A stretch of DNA of 64,000 bases from a virus: positions 3,718 through 67,717 of the IMG/VR virus record IMGVR_UViG_3300030012_002710; one strand, 5' to 3'. Positions within the stretch are counted from its first letter, which is position 1. Every line of letters starts with the position of its first letter. Below are positions 36,255 through 44,957 of this stretch, one piece after another. Made by a program: the position numbers and the translations under genes. Under the pieces are notes generated by a model. The model was given only the letters and a program-made list of their open reading frames with translations, did not search any database and was not told the DNA's origin.

Positions 36255-37517
36255 TTAATTAAACGTTCTTTTTTTTATTTTCAATTTTGAAGAATCAAGA
36301 CCACTAACTGCTTTTACTTTTAAACCACCTATAAATACTTCTCCAGATGCTGTTTTACGAGGTTCTGTACTAATATTTTTAGATTTTGCTAATTGTTCTT
36401 TTATTGCATCAGTTTTACCTTGCTCATAAAAGTGATTAGCTATAGTATCAACATTTTGTGCTGCATATAAAGCTTTGTGATAACCAGCTGTGTCTTCAAT
36501 TTCTCCACTTTTGCCTAGAAACTTTCCGACAAAATTAGATAAGTCACTTTGGTTATTTGCAACAGATGAAGGATCTTTTATTCCATATCTAAACTTTTTA
36601 TCTCCTAATTTAAAATCAAAACCTTTGAATTCTGGGTTAAGCATTTGTTTAGTATTAGATACAAATCTTTCATGTCTAGCTTTTTGCTGTTCTCTATCTT
36701 CGTTATAGCGATTAAAAAAGTCTATTGCTTTTTGTTGTTCTTGTGTTACGCCAGGCCTCAACTTGATTTCTGCGTAATAATCTTTTTTAAGACCATCTAA
36801 AAAACTTTTAGCTTTTGCTATTTCTTCCTTGTAAGCGAGTTTTTTCTTTTTAATATCTCGCTCTTCATCGACCTCTTCATCATACTTAAAAGTATCTTCA
36901 ATTATAAAATTAACTTCTTCAGCATTTAAATGAGGTTTTGCTTGCTTGTAATATTCATGTAATAATGCTTCATCATTTACTTTACTATAATCAGCATTAA
37001 GTCTGGCATAATCTTCAATTGATCCACCAGTTTCTTCCATAAATTTTACTAATTTTTCTATGTTTTCAGGTAGCTTTTGTGCTTCTGCTTCCTGTAATAC
37101 TTCTTTTTGTTCCGATGTGGTAGTGGTAGTTTCATTGCTTCCTGCCACTCCTGCCTTGTTAGAATTATCTTCTTCATCTGTAATTTCTTGTAAAGGTGAA
37201 TCAGTTTCTATTTTTTCTTCTGACTCTTTATCTTTAACATCGTCGCTGGACTCTTGTATTTGTTCGTCCACCTTAGGGCTATCTCCGGTTTGTTCGCCCA
37301 CATCCACTTTCTCTGTTTCTCCGATTGAAATGGCATCTTTTTCTTCTTTTTTACTTAAATCTACTTTTGTTACTGTAGGTTTTTGTTTTTCTTGTGACAA
37401 AACTTTAGCTTTTTTAACTTTAAAACTACCTTCTGTTTTAACTTCTTCTACAGGTTTTGCCTCTATTTTTGTTTCTTCTTTTACTTCTTCAACTTTTTTC
37501 GTTTCTTTTTTTGACAT
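36255..37517 (-). CDS. capsid scaffolding protein (acidic)
   Basis: E/K-rich disordered N-terminus; located between portal and capsid. Confidence 0.75.
   Translation of the reverse strand: MSKKETKKVEEVKEETKIEAKPVEEVKTEGSFKVKKAKVLSQEKQKPTVTKVDLSKKEEKDAISIGETEKVDVGEQTGDSPKVDEQIQESSDDVKDKESEEKIETDSPLQEITDEEDNSNKAGVAGSNETTTTTSEQKEVLQEAEAQKLPENIEKLVKFMEETGGSIEDYARLNADYSKVNDEALLHEYYKQAKPHLNAEEVNFIIEDTFKYDEEVDEERDIKKKKLAYKEEIAKAKSFLDGLKKDYYAEIKLRPGVTQEQQKAIDFFNRYNEDREQQKARHERFVSNTKQMLNPEFKGFDFKLGDKKFRYGIKDPSSVANNQSDLSNFVGKFLGKSGEIEDTAGYHKALYAAQNVDTIANHFYEQGKTDAIKEQLAKSKNISTEPRKTASGEVFIGGLKVKAVSGLDSSKLKIKKRTFN
37058..37177 (-). CDS. overprinted +1-frame basic peptide (39 aa) inside scaffold
   Basis: Hand-translated MKKIILTRQEWQEAMKLPLPHRNKKKYYRKQKHKSYLKT*. 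Confidence 0.6.
   Translation of the reverse strand: MKKIILTRQEWQEAMKLPLPHRNKKKYYRKQKHKSYLKT
37208..37336 (-). CDS. overprinted +1-frame basic peptide (42 aa) inside scaffold
   Basis: Hand-translated MPFQSEKQRKWMWANKPEIALRWTNKYKSPATMLKIKSQKKK*; N-terminus resembles that of the free-standing gene 13961-14401. Confidence 0.7.
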   Translation of the reverse strand: MPFQSEKQRKWMWANKPEIALRWTNKYKSPATMLKIKSQKKK

Positions 37518-37545
37518 AATAAAATAATATAAAATTAATAATAAA

Positions 37546-39954
37546 TTATCTTGGGGTAAATTGTTCTAACCCAAAACCATCAAGACTATCGTTATCTGAT
37601 TCAAAATTTTTAGGTAATAAATCATTTTGTCTTTGACTAATAAGTTCACTTTGTTGTGTTCCTTGTATTTTTACTCTTTTATCTTTACGATCTTCGATAG
37701 CTGCTTCTTTTTGTTGTTGTGCTTTAGCTTGTACTTCAGCTAATTGAATATCATAATTAAACTCTTCAGCCATTAATTGTTTTTTAATTAACGCTTCTTG
37801 TTCCATTTTTTGTATTTCAAATTGAGATTTAGCTTGTTCTATTTGTATTTCAGTTTCAGCTAAAGCTTGTTGTTTTTGTACTTCAGCAAGAGCTGCTTTT
37901 TCAGCAGACTCTGCATTAGCTTGAGCTTGAACTTGAATGTTTTCTAATTGTTGTGCTCTATCTTTTTCCTGCTTTTTCTTTTGTCTTAATTTTAAACTTT
38001 GATTAGCAAGTTTACTATTTTTAATTTGTCTTAAATCTATAGCATCTTCTAAACCTATATTTCCAGCTTGCAAAGCTATTTGTATGTTTTGTTCTAATGC
38101 AGCTTTATCTTCTTCTTCTGGTTCGAGTTCTAAATAAATACCAAAATCATGCATACTTAATTTTTGTATTTCTGATAAGGTATTTGTATTAAAAGTATTT
38201 ATACTAGATAATAAACTTTGTCTTGTTAAAGGAAAGTTTAACATATCCGCTACTCTTAAGCTTATATTTTCACAAGTTCTTACAGTTAAATACATTAAAG
38301 ACTGTAGTATATGTCTTGTAGCAGTATTAGAGTTTGCTGCTGCTAATTTTTGTAATCCAACTAAAGCATCTTTTGCTGGTGTTGTTCCATCTCTTGCTTC
38401 ATTTAAACCGGTTACATCACGTATCATTTGTAAATAATATTGATATGTTTGTATCATAGCTGATATTTTACCCATACCATTTGAAGTTTGTAACTCTTGA
38501 ACAGGTACTTTACCTCTATTTATTTCACCATCTTGAGTTAGTGATCTACCAACAATACTACCAGTTTGAAAATACATATTTAATGCCTCGGCTGGATTAT
38601 AATTTGTACCGTTACCTAAATCAACTTCTGCTAAACCATCTACATCTAAATATACACCATCAGGTACCATTCTTGATAACACTTGTTGTAATTTTAAATG
38701 CGTAAGTTGAATCATATCTGCAAAACCTATTGTTTTACTTACAACAGACTCTATTCTACCTTGATACATTCTAGGAGCAGATATAATATAATTCATATTT
38801 ACTTTTGTTGTATCGCCAAAAGGTCTAGTCATATTTTCACTTAATCTCCAATCTAATAAGTTTTTACCTAAACCTAAAACTTTTGCACCTGTATATAAAA
38901 CTTCTATTGATCTACCAACTCTTTCAAAATTATCATTAGGTGGAGGATCAAAAGTATCTGGTTTTTCTAATGTTTTTTCTAAACCTTGATCTGTTTGTTT
39001 TATTTTAAACACTTGATCATGATATGTTTTATATTCAAAATATAAAACTTGAACTTGATCTTTAGTGCTTTGTCCCCACCACGTATTATCAGTGTATGAG
39101 TTTCTACCCGGATATTTTTGTATTTCTTCTAATTCTTTATCACTTAAATAAGGAAACTGTCTTTTAACTTCAGACAAAGACATGTTTTTTACTTCACCTA
39201 CATAATATATATCTTCAAAGTTTGGATCATCAGTATAAGAATATACAATGTTTGCAGGATTTACATAATCAACTGTTACACCTTCTGATAAATTAAAATT
39301 AGTTTTTACACAACCTATTCCTAAAATAGTTAAATCTTGTGCTAATCTTTTTTTAGTTTCATCATATTTATTAAAATCAAGTATATTATTAATAACTTCT
39401 TCTTCAGCTATTTCAACACTTTGTTTATATTTTAATTGTAAATATAATTCTAATTCTTCCGGATCATCTGGTAATGCTTCTGGGTTAGGTGAGTTATAAA
39501 AACTTCTACCAGTTAATTGAGCTAATTGTTGTATAGCCTCTTTATTTTGTATATCTCTTAAAGCATTAAAAGCAAAATTAGTTCTTTCTTGTATAGCAAA
39601 AGGATCTTGAGCATAAGATTTTATTTCATATCCTTTATCTGTCATACCATTAACTACTATATCTACAAATTTAGATAATATAGGAACAGGTTTCCAGTCT
39701 AAATTTAAATAAGATAAATCACCATTAATAGCTAATTCATCTTTGTATTTTTGAACAGGTTGTTCTCCTCTAGCATATAATCTTAATCTGTTAAAATTTT
39801 GAAAATTACTAAGAAATCTATTCTGACCACTACTATTTTTAAACCACTCACCTTCAATAGCTTGTGCTACCTGTAAACCATATTCTCTAGACTTTTTCAC
39901 TTCTTCAGGTACCACCTGATCAGGAAAAGCACTATTATAGTTAATGTTAACCAT
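37546..39954 (-). CDS. portal protein
   Basis: 802 aa directly after terminase; long Q-rich C-terminal barrel helix as in P22-type portals. Confidence 0.85.
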   Translation of the reverse strand: MVNINYNSAFPDQVVPEEVKKSREYGLQVAQAIEGEWFKNSSGQNRFLSNFQNFNRLRLYARGEQPVQKYKDELAINGDLSYLNLDWKPVPILSKFVDIVVNGMTDKGYEIKSYAQDPFAIQERTNFAFNALRDIQNKEAIQQLAQLTGRSFYNSPNPEALPDDPEELELYLQLKYKQSVEIAEEEVINNILDFNKYDETKKRLAQDLTILGIGCVKTNFNLSEGVTVDYVNPANIVYSYTDDPNFEDIYYVGEVKNMSLSEVKRQFPYLSDKELEEIQKYPGRNSYTDNTWWGQSTKDQVQVLYFEYKTYHDQVFKIKQTDQGLEKTLEKPDTFDPPPNDNFERVGRSIEVLYTGAKVLGLGKNLLDWRLSENMTRPFGDTTKVNMNYIISAPRMYQGRIESVVSKTIGFADMIQLTHLKLQQVLSRMVPDGVYLDVDGLAEVDLGNGTNYNPAEALNMYFQTGSIVGRSLTQDGEINRGKVPVQELQTSNGMGKISAMIQTYQYYLQMIRDVTGLNEARDGTTPAKDALVGLQKLAAANSNTATRHILQSLMYLTVRTCENISLRVADMLNFPLTRQSLLSSINTFNTNTLSEIQKLSMHDFGIYLELEPEEEDKAALEQNIQIALQAGNIGLEDAIDLRQIKNSKLANQSLKLRQKKKQEKDRAQQLENIQVQAQANAESAEKAALAEVQKQQALAETEIQIEQAKSQFEIQKMEQEALIKKQLMAEEFNYDIQLAEVQAKAQQQKEAAIEDRKDKRVKIQGTQQSELISQRQNDLLPKNFESDNDSLDGFGLEQFTPR

Positions 39955-42177
39955 CTAATTTAGTATTTTTGAATTTACTCCTTTATTATCATATTTTTTG
40001 AAACCTAAAGGTACAGTTGTTAATTTTCTTTCAGCAACAGGTCTATATCTATTTTTATTACAAGCCATAATAGCAAGACCAGAGCTTATAGAAGCATCAT
40101 GTGATGTTCTATTATTAATGTTAAATTGTGCCCAGTCTTCTAATGTGCGTTGAAAATACATATCACCGTAATTTTCACCATCAAATCCTATAAAATTTTC
40201 TATATAATCTTCTATAGCAGCTGCATGAGCTTGTTTTATATCTTCACTAGAATTAGGTATTCCACCTATCTCTCTTTCTGTTACAGATAATTTATTATAT
40301 ATTTTATCAGGTCTATTCATTGAATAACCTCTATAACCTCTACGTTTTAAATAATATAAAAGTCTAGGTTTGTTATTTTCTGCAAGTATAGGCATACCGT
40401 AAAATACAATTGCCATTAAAACATCTTCAAAAAATATTTCTGCAGTTTGTGGTCTAGCTATATACTCTAAAAAAAATGTATTAGGCGGAACATCCGCCAT
40501 TGTAAACTTAGTTAAACCATGTAAAGATCCTTTAGATCCTCTACCGTCAACAGTTCCTGATATATCATATGGATCACAACCAAAAGCACCACAGTCTTCA
40601 TTAGCTGGATATTTTATACCATTTTTAACTATATATCTATTTTGTAAATTAATAGGTGGTGTCCATGAAATAAAAAATCTACCACTGTTATTAGGAACAA
40701 ATATAACTCTAGTATCTTTAATCCCACTTTCCCATTGAAAATTACCTTGTGTAATTGCTGTAGAGTGTTTTAAATCTTCATTATAATCTATTTGTTCATA
40801 AATTTTTGCAAGATTAAATAAAGATTCTTTAGCTTCATCTCTAAAAGCATGTTTTTCTGTTCTTGGAAATTGTCTATATAATTCGTTTAAACCGTCTTGA
40901 TCATCTTTTAAACCTTCAACTTCGTTTTCCCAGTGTGATATAACCCCGATCTCAATTGTTGTTCCATCGATGCTTTTAACTGGTTTTTCTGGTGTGTCGA
41001 ATACAGGAAAGCCATAAGTATCGATGTATCCTTCGTAGTTCCATTCCATAGGTATGAACAAAGAATATAATCCTGAACCAGTCTGTCCGTTGCGGTTTCT
41101 TTTTGTAACGTCTGAAGCATCATATAGTTTTTTAAAATTAGCACCACCTTTATCTAAAGCATTAGAGGTAGAACCCATCATACATTTACCTACAATCCTA
41201 CTTCCAAGTCTTAACGTTGTCTTCGTGACCCTCCAGTTGTTGAGGATGTTGTCCGGTCTCTCCCATTTACCCGACTCATCATGGGCGAGTAACCTGAGTT
41301 TCTCCCCGTCGTAGGAGTTGTCACCGGTATTCTTCCAGTCAATGGTAGTATCGAGCCCGATGAGTTCCTCGGGGGTGTCGTTCTGCTCGATCTTACGGCG
41401 GGTGAACTTCGATGCCGGTACCCTGTATGCCAACTCAGTCTTTGGCCTGTCCATACCGTCCTGAATTGGTTTGAAAAAAAACGGGTAGTTGACCGATATG
41501 GGTACCACTTTATCTGTGAACATCTTCTTTGCATCTGCACCAGTCTTGGATAAAATGCCATACCTGGAGTCAGCGGAAATTGTAGCTTGATGAACGAGTT
41601 CTGAGGATGCCATGAAGCTAAAGCCAGACCGTCTATTCTTGAGGTAACACATTCCATAGGATCTATGATCCAACTTACACGCTTCCCAGAATATAAAGAA
41701 TAAGCGGTTTGATTCTCTGAACTGCGCAGAGCCAACGTCAATTTTTGTCCACTGCAAGTACATATAATGAGAGCCAGTAATGTAAGTAGGAATACCTTTG
41801 TTATAGAAGCTAAAGCCTTGTTCCCTTCTTTTAAACTCTTCATCAATATAATCATACCATTTATTTTTAAAATCAAGCGATGTTTGATTCCAATCAAAAA
41901 CAGTTTTTAATTTAGTTAATTGTTTTGGATAATCAAAAACCTCCCAATATTGCTCTTGTTTTTTATTAGATCTTTTATACGTTTTTTCTAGTAAAGGTAA
42001 AGCTATTTTTAAACCTTGTATTTCATATATTTCACCAATTTTACCAGTTTTACTTATAATAATAACATCATATTCTTTATTATAACCTGGTTCCCATTTA
42101 TTATATCTATTATTTCTAGCTATAATTTTTGGTTTTATATGATTATCTAAAACTTTATATAATGTTTGTTTATACAT
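39955..42177 (-). CDS. terL: terminase large subunit
   Basis: Walker A-like LKNRRSGFS, Walker B LAHDESGK, GST coupling motif, nuclease GCDPYD, ENNK and HD motifs. Confidence 0.92.
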   Translation of the reverse strand: MYKQTLYKVLDNHIKPKIIARNNRYNKWEPGYNKEYDVIIISKTGKIGEIYEIQGLKIALPLLEKTYKRSNKKQEQYWEVFDYPKQLTKLKTVFDWNQTSLDFKNKWYDYIDEEFKRREQGFSFYNKGIPTYITGSHYMYLQWTKIDVGSAQFRESNRLFFIFWEACKLDHRSYGMCYLKNRRSGFSFMASSELVHQATISADSRYGILSKTGADAKKMFTDKVVPISVNYPFFFKPIQDGMDRPKTELAYRVPASKFTRRKIEQNDTPEELIGLDTTIDWKNTGDNSYDGEKLRLLAHDESGKWERPDNILNNWRVTKTTLRLGSRIVGKCMMGSTSNALDKGGANFKKLYDASDVTKRNRNGQTGSGLYSLFIPMEWNYEGYIDTYGFPVFDTPEKPVKSIDGTTIEIGVISHWENEVEGLKDDQDGLNELYRQFPRTEKHAFRDEAKESLFNLAKIYEQIDYNEDLKHSTAITQGNFQWESGIKDTRVIFVPNNSGRFFISWTPPINLQNRYIVKNGIKYPANEDCGAFGCDPYDISGTVDGRGSKGSLHGLTKFTMADVPPNTFFLEYIARPQTAEIFFEDVLMAIVFYGMPILAENNKPRLLYYLKRRGYRGYSMNRPDKIYNKLSVTEREIGGIPNSSEDIKQAHAAAIEDYIENFIGFDGENYGDMYFQRTLEDWAQFNINNRTSHDASISSGLAIMACNKNRYRPVAERKLTTVPLGFKKYDNKGVNSKILN
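40908..41123 (-). CDS. candidate second +1-frame overprinted protein inside terL (71 aa from ATG 41123)
   Basis: Stop-free +1 frame coinciding with a second GC-elevated patch of terL. Confidence 0.4.
   Translation of the reverse strand: MMLQTLQKETATDRLVQDYILCSYLWNGTTKDTSILMAFLYSTHQKNQLKASMEQQLRSGLYHTGKTKLKV
41211..41843 (-). CDS. overprinted +1-frame putative lipoprotein inside terL
   Basis: 228-codon open frame (41211-41897); signal-like KVFLLTLLALIICTC; R/S/T/P-rich tail; about 55% GC counted over 41281-41400 vs 22-27% in sampled flanking terL. Confidence 0.7.
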   Translation of the reverse strand: MKSLKEGNKALASITKVFLLTLLALIICTCSGQKLTLALRSSENQTAYSLYSGKRVSWIIDPMECVTSRIDGLALASWHPQNSFIKLQFPLTPGMAFYPRLVQMQRRCSQIKWYPYRSTTRFFSNQFRTVWTGQRLSWHTGYRHRSSPAVRSSRTTPPRNSSGSILPLTGRIPVTTPTTGRNSGYSPMMSRVNGRDRTTSSTTGGSRRQR

Positions 42178-42449
42178 TATCTTGATCTACCTTCTGCAAA
42201 ACCTCCAAACGTTGAAGCTTTACTATTTTTATTTGTAGAGTTAATCATATTTTCTTCTTCTTCTATTCTAGTTAATATTTCAAAGGCATCAAATATAGCT
42301 AACTTTTTAGTAGCAGCAGCATTTTTTAATCTATCAGCTGATACATCATCTTCTGAATCTACTATTTTTTCTTTAGCTACTTTTATTAATTCTTCAACCG
42401 CTTTTTGCCCAGCTTGGATTATACGCAGCTTTGTTTTTTTTGTTTCCAT
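42177..42449 (-). CDS. helical protein, possible terminase small subunit
   Basis: 90 aa, coupled to the terL start. Confidence 0.55.
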   Translation of the reverse strand: METKKTKLRIIQAGQKAVEELIKVAKEKIVDSEDDVSADRLKNAAATKKLAIFDAFEILTRIEEEENMINSTNKNSKASTFGGFAEGRSR

Positions 42450-42996
42450 ATTTAACTAAAATATCATTTGATTCCATACAATATAAAAGTTCATTATTAA
42501 TAATAAACTCAAATTCACGTTGACTTTTAAACCCTACTAAGTCTCCTACGTTTATTTTAAACGTTTCTAATGTATTATTACCATATTTTAGTATTCCAGT
42601 ATTCTTTAATAATTTTTGATTACTAGAAGTGTTATTTTCTAAAACAGGTTTTACAAAACAATATTCAGCTTGAGTACGCCAACCATTGTTATAATACATG
42701 TAAATTTGTGATGGGTGAGCAAAATAAAGATTATCTTTAAAATATTTTGTACTGTTTACAGACTTACCTTTCATATTATAGTATCTTCTAAATAAATTAT
42801 GATGTACTATAACGTGATCTCCTTTTTTAATTTTTGTTTTGTATTCTAGTGGAACACTTACAACTTCAGCTTCTCTGTTTACAAATTTATGACTTGATAT
42901 GCTAGAATTAACAATTAGTTCACAACCTTCTATATTAATTTTATTTTTATATCTTTCACCTACAGGTTTAATTATAAATTGATATAAACTATTCAT
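42394..42996 (-). CDS. tandem GroES-like (co-chaperonin fold) protein
   Basis: Two repeats: FIIKP...VVSV...IKKGDHV and FVKP...VGDLVGF...EF.I..E.LY.M.SNDIL. Confidence 0.55.
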   Translation of the reverse strand: MNSLYQFIIKPVGERYKNKINIEGCELIVNSSISSHKFVNREAEVVSVPLEYKTKIKKGDHVIVHHNLFRRYYNMKGKSVNSTKYFKDNLYFAHPSQIYMYYNNGWRTQAEYCFVKPVLENNTSSNQKLLKNTGILKYGNNTLETFKINVGDLVGFKSQREFEFIINNELLYCMESNDILVKYGNKKNKAAYNPSWAKSG

Positions 42997-43226
42997 TAAT
43001 ATTCTAAATCATATTCTACAGATATTGCCATTTGTGAATTAAATTTTTTCCAAGGCAATACCTCACCATCTTTTTTAATAAAAATATTATAAGCATCTTT
43101 TTCCTCATCACACAATATATGTGATATAGTATGACCACCATACACTTGCTGCCCAACAGCATAATGCATGGCATCATTTTTATAATCAGATCCAATACTG
43201 ATTTTTCTTATAATTTTACTACTCAC
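42996..43226 (-). CDS. conserved hypothetical protein
   Basis: 76 aa; IRKISIG.DYK..AMHY.VGQ. Confidence 0.75.
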   Translation of the reverse strand: MSSKIIRKISIGSDYKNDAMHYAVGQQVYGGHTISHILCDEEKDAYNIFIKKDGEVLPWKKFNSQMAISVEYDLEY

Positions 43227-43482
43227 TTTTTTTAGGTTCTTCTATTAATGTATAACTACCATCTTCAAGACTAATATTTATACCACCATACTGTTTTTCC
43301 AACTCTTTTTTAAAATCTTCAGCATCTTGTACAATGCCAGCATATTTATGTAATAAACCGTGTTTTTGTGTTTCAAGAAAACCTATATCTTTTAAAGATT
43401 GAGCTATATCTTCTTGTTGTTGCTTAATAGTATTTAATTGTTCAGCTGTGATTTTACCAGCCACTTTTTCTTTTTTTGTCAT
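43219..43482 (-). CDS. coiled-coil hypothetical protein
   Basis: 87 aa; L...YG...I.L.DG.Y C-terminus. Confidence 0.75.
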   Translation of the reverse strand: MTKKEKVAGKITAEQLNTIKQQQEDIAQSLKDIGFLETQKHGLLHKYAGIVQDAEDFKKELEKQYGGINISLEDGSYTLIEEPKKSE

Positions 43483-43506
43483 TTGATTTAATTTAATTAT
43501 AGTTTT

Positions 43507-44118
43507 TTAAAATAATGCTAATATATCTGTAGCAGTTGTTTCAGTGTCACTTGTTAAGTTAAACACTCTTTTAACAGCTATTGGTAAAAAGCTGTTTGCT
43601 GTAATACCTTTAATTATTATAGGTTGTTCATCACTAGCTAATGTTAATTTTATATTACCAGCTCCACCTACGTATAGTGATGGCATTTTAGTTACAAAAG
43701 TACCGCTTGGTCTTTCTAAATCACCACCAGCTAATGTTGCTGTTAAAGCGCCTGTTAATCCTGTTACACCAAAAGCTAGTTCTAATGAAGCTAAACTAAA
43801 CTCTATTGTTTGTGCAGCAACACCTACATTAGGGCCTTGATTTTGTACGGTAACACTAGCTACAGCACCCGCTCCATCTGAAGCTACTAAAAATGTAGCA
43901 CCTAAACCAACACCTCTTGGTGTGGCAATAGTGGTTAATGTAGCAGCACCAGGATATGTACCTCCAGTAGCATAAACAATTGCACTACTACTAGCAGGTA
44001 AACCAGCTATAGTATTTGTAGACAAGTTGCTTAGCCCAGCGGCTTTTAACGTTTTTGATTCTTGCAACTCTATTGCACTAGTTGAAAAATCACTTAAATT
44101 TTTTTGATAGTATCCCAT
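43507..44118 (-). CDS. structural protein with head spike-base-like C-terminal domain
   Basis: LYVGGAGNIK...SFLPIAVKRV...TTATDILAL resembles GTA spike base (Rcc01079-type) proteins. Confidence 0.6.
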   Translation of the reverse strand: MGYYQKNLSDFSTSAIELQESKTLKAAGLSNLSTNTIAGLPASSSAIVYATGGTYPGAATLTTIATPRGVGLGATFLVASDGAGAVASVTVQNQGPNVGVAAQTIEFSLASLELAFGVTGLTGALTATLAGGDLERPSGTFVTKMPSLYVGGAGNIKLTLASDEQPIIIKGITANSFLPIAVKRVFNLTSDTETTATDILALF

Positions 44119-44119
44119 T

Positions 44120-44500
44120 TTACTTTACTTTGTCTTTTATTTTTTCATATGTTCTTAAACCTCCTAAACCAAGCATACCTAATAATACAGTCATTAAGTG
44201 TTCCATTTGTAACGGAGGTGGTACATCTGCAGCTTTTGTTATCCATATAAATAAATCTCTAATAACAAAATTATATGCTAATGCAAAACCACATATCCAA
44301 CCTACAAAAGGTCGCCACCCCGCAACGAACAAAGTTCTATGCGAGGCTTCAACCATATTAATTTTTGTTTGTAATTCAATAAGTTTTTCTGGATCTAATT
44401 CTTTGCCTTTTATTGCTTCTCTTATTTCCCAAGCTAAGCCACCAGCAACTGATTTTCTTCCGTCACCGCCTTTTAAAAGACCTAAAATTAATTTCCACAT
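44120..44500 (-). CDS. holin (3TM, GTA-holin-like)
   Basis: FVAGWRPFVGWICG..LAY and LLGMLGLGGLRT.EK motifs. Confidence 0.85.
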   Translation of the reverse strand: MWKLILGLLKGGDGRKSVAGGLAWEIREAIKGKELDPEKLIELQTKINMVEASHRTLFVAGWRPFVGWICGFALAYNFVIRDLFIWITKAADVPPPLQMEHLMTVLLGMLGLGGLRTYEKIKDKVK

Positions 44501-44504
44501 TTAT

Positions 44505-44957
44505 TTAATCTTTTTTACTAAAATAATTTTGAATTCTTGAATTTCTATTTGCAGCAGCTCTTCCCATTGCTTGACTTGTTGGATCTTCATTTTTAAAAGC
44601 ACGGCTAACTGTGTTTTTAAATTTTGTTAGTGCACCTTTATATTTATCAGGATTTACAAGATCTCTAAATTTTTGTTTAGTAGATTCTGGTAATTTAATA
44701 AATTGTGCTGGTCCGTCATGTTCCATATGAGGCCCATATCCATGTTTACCTGGTCCTTTTGGTTTTCCATATTCAGCCATACCTGGATGATGTTTACCTG
44801 GTCCTTTATGCATACCATGTTTTTTAGGTCCCATTGATCCATATTCACCAGGACCTTTACCACTAGCTCTATTGTCTATTGGCATTTCTGATAGTAAGTT
44901 TCTTGCATGCTTAGACATCCATGAACCTCCTTTTACTAGTTTACTTCCTTTTCCCAT
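44505..44957 (-). CDS. basic Gly/His/Met-rich repeat protein
   Basis: Likely start at ATG 44957 (MGKGSK); repeated GPxxH units. Confidence 0.7.
   Translation of the reverse strand: MGKGSKLVKGGSWMSKHARNLLSEMPIDNRASGKGPGEYGSMGPKKHGMHKGPGKHHPGMAEYGKPKGPGKHGYGPHMEHDGPAQFIKLPESTKQKFRDLVNPDKYKGALTKFKNTVSRAFKNEDPTSQAMGRAAANRNSRIQNYFSKKD

Noticed and set aside
36819-36884. Third +1 mini-ORF in scaffold (MMKRSMKSEILKRKNSLTRKK*)
   Set aside because: Too short to separate from chance, although some GC-rich codons are present.
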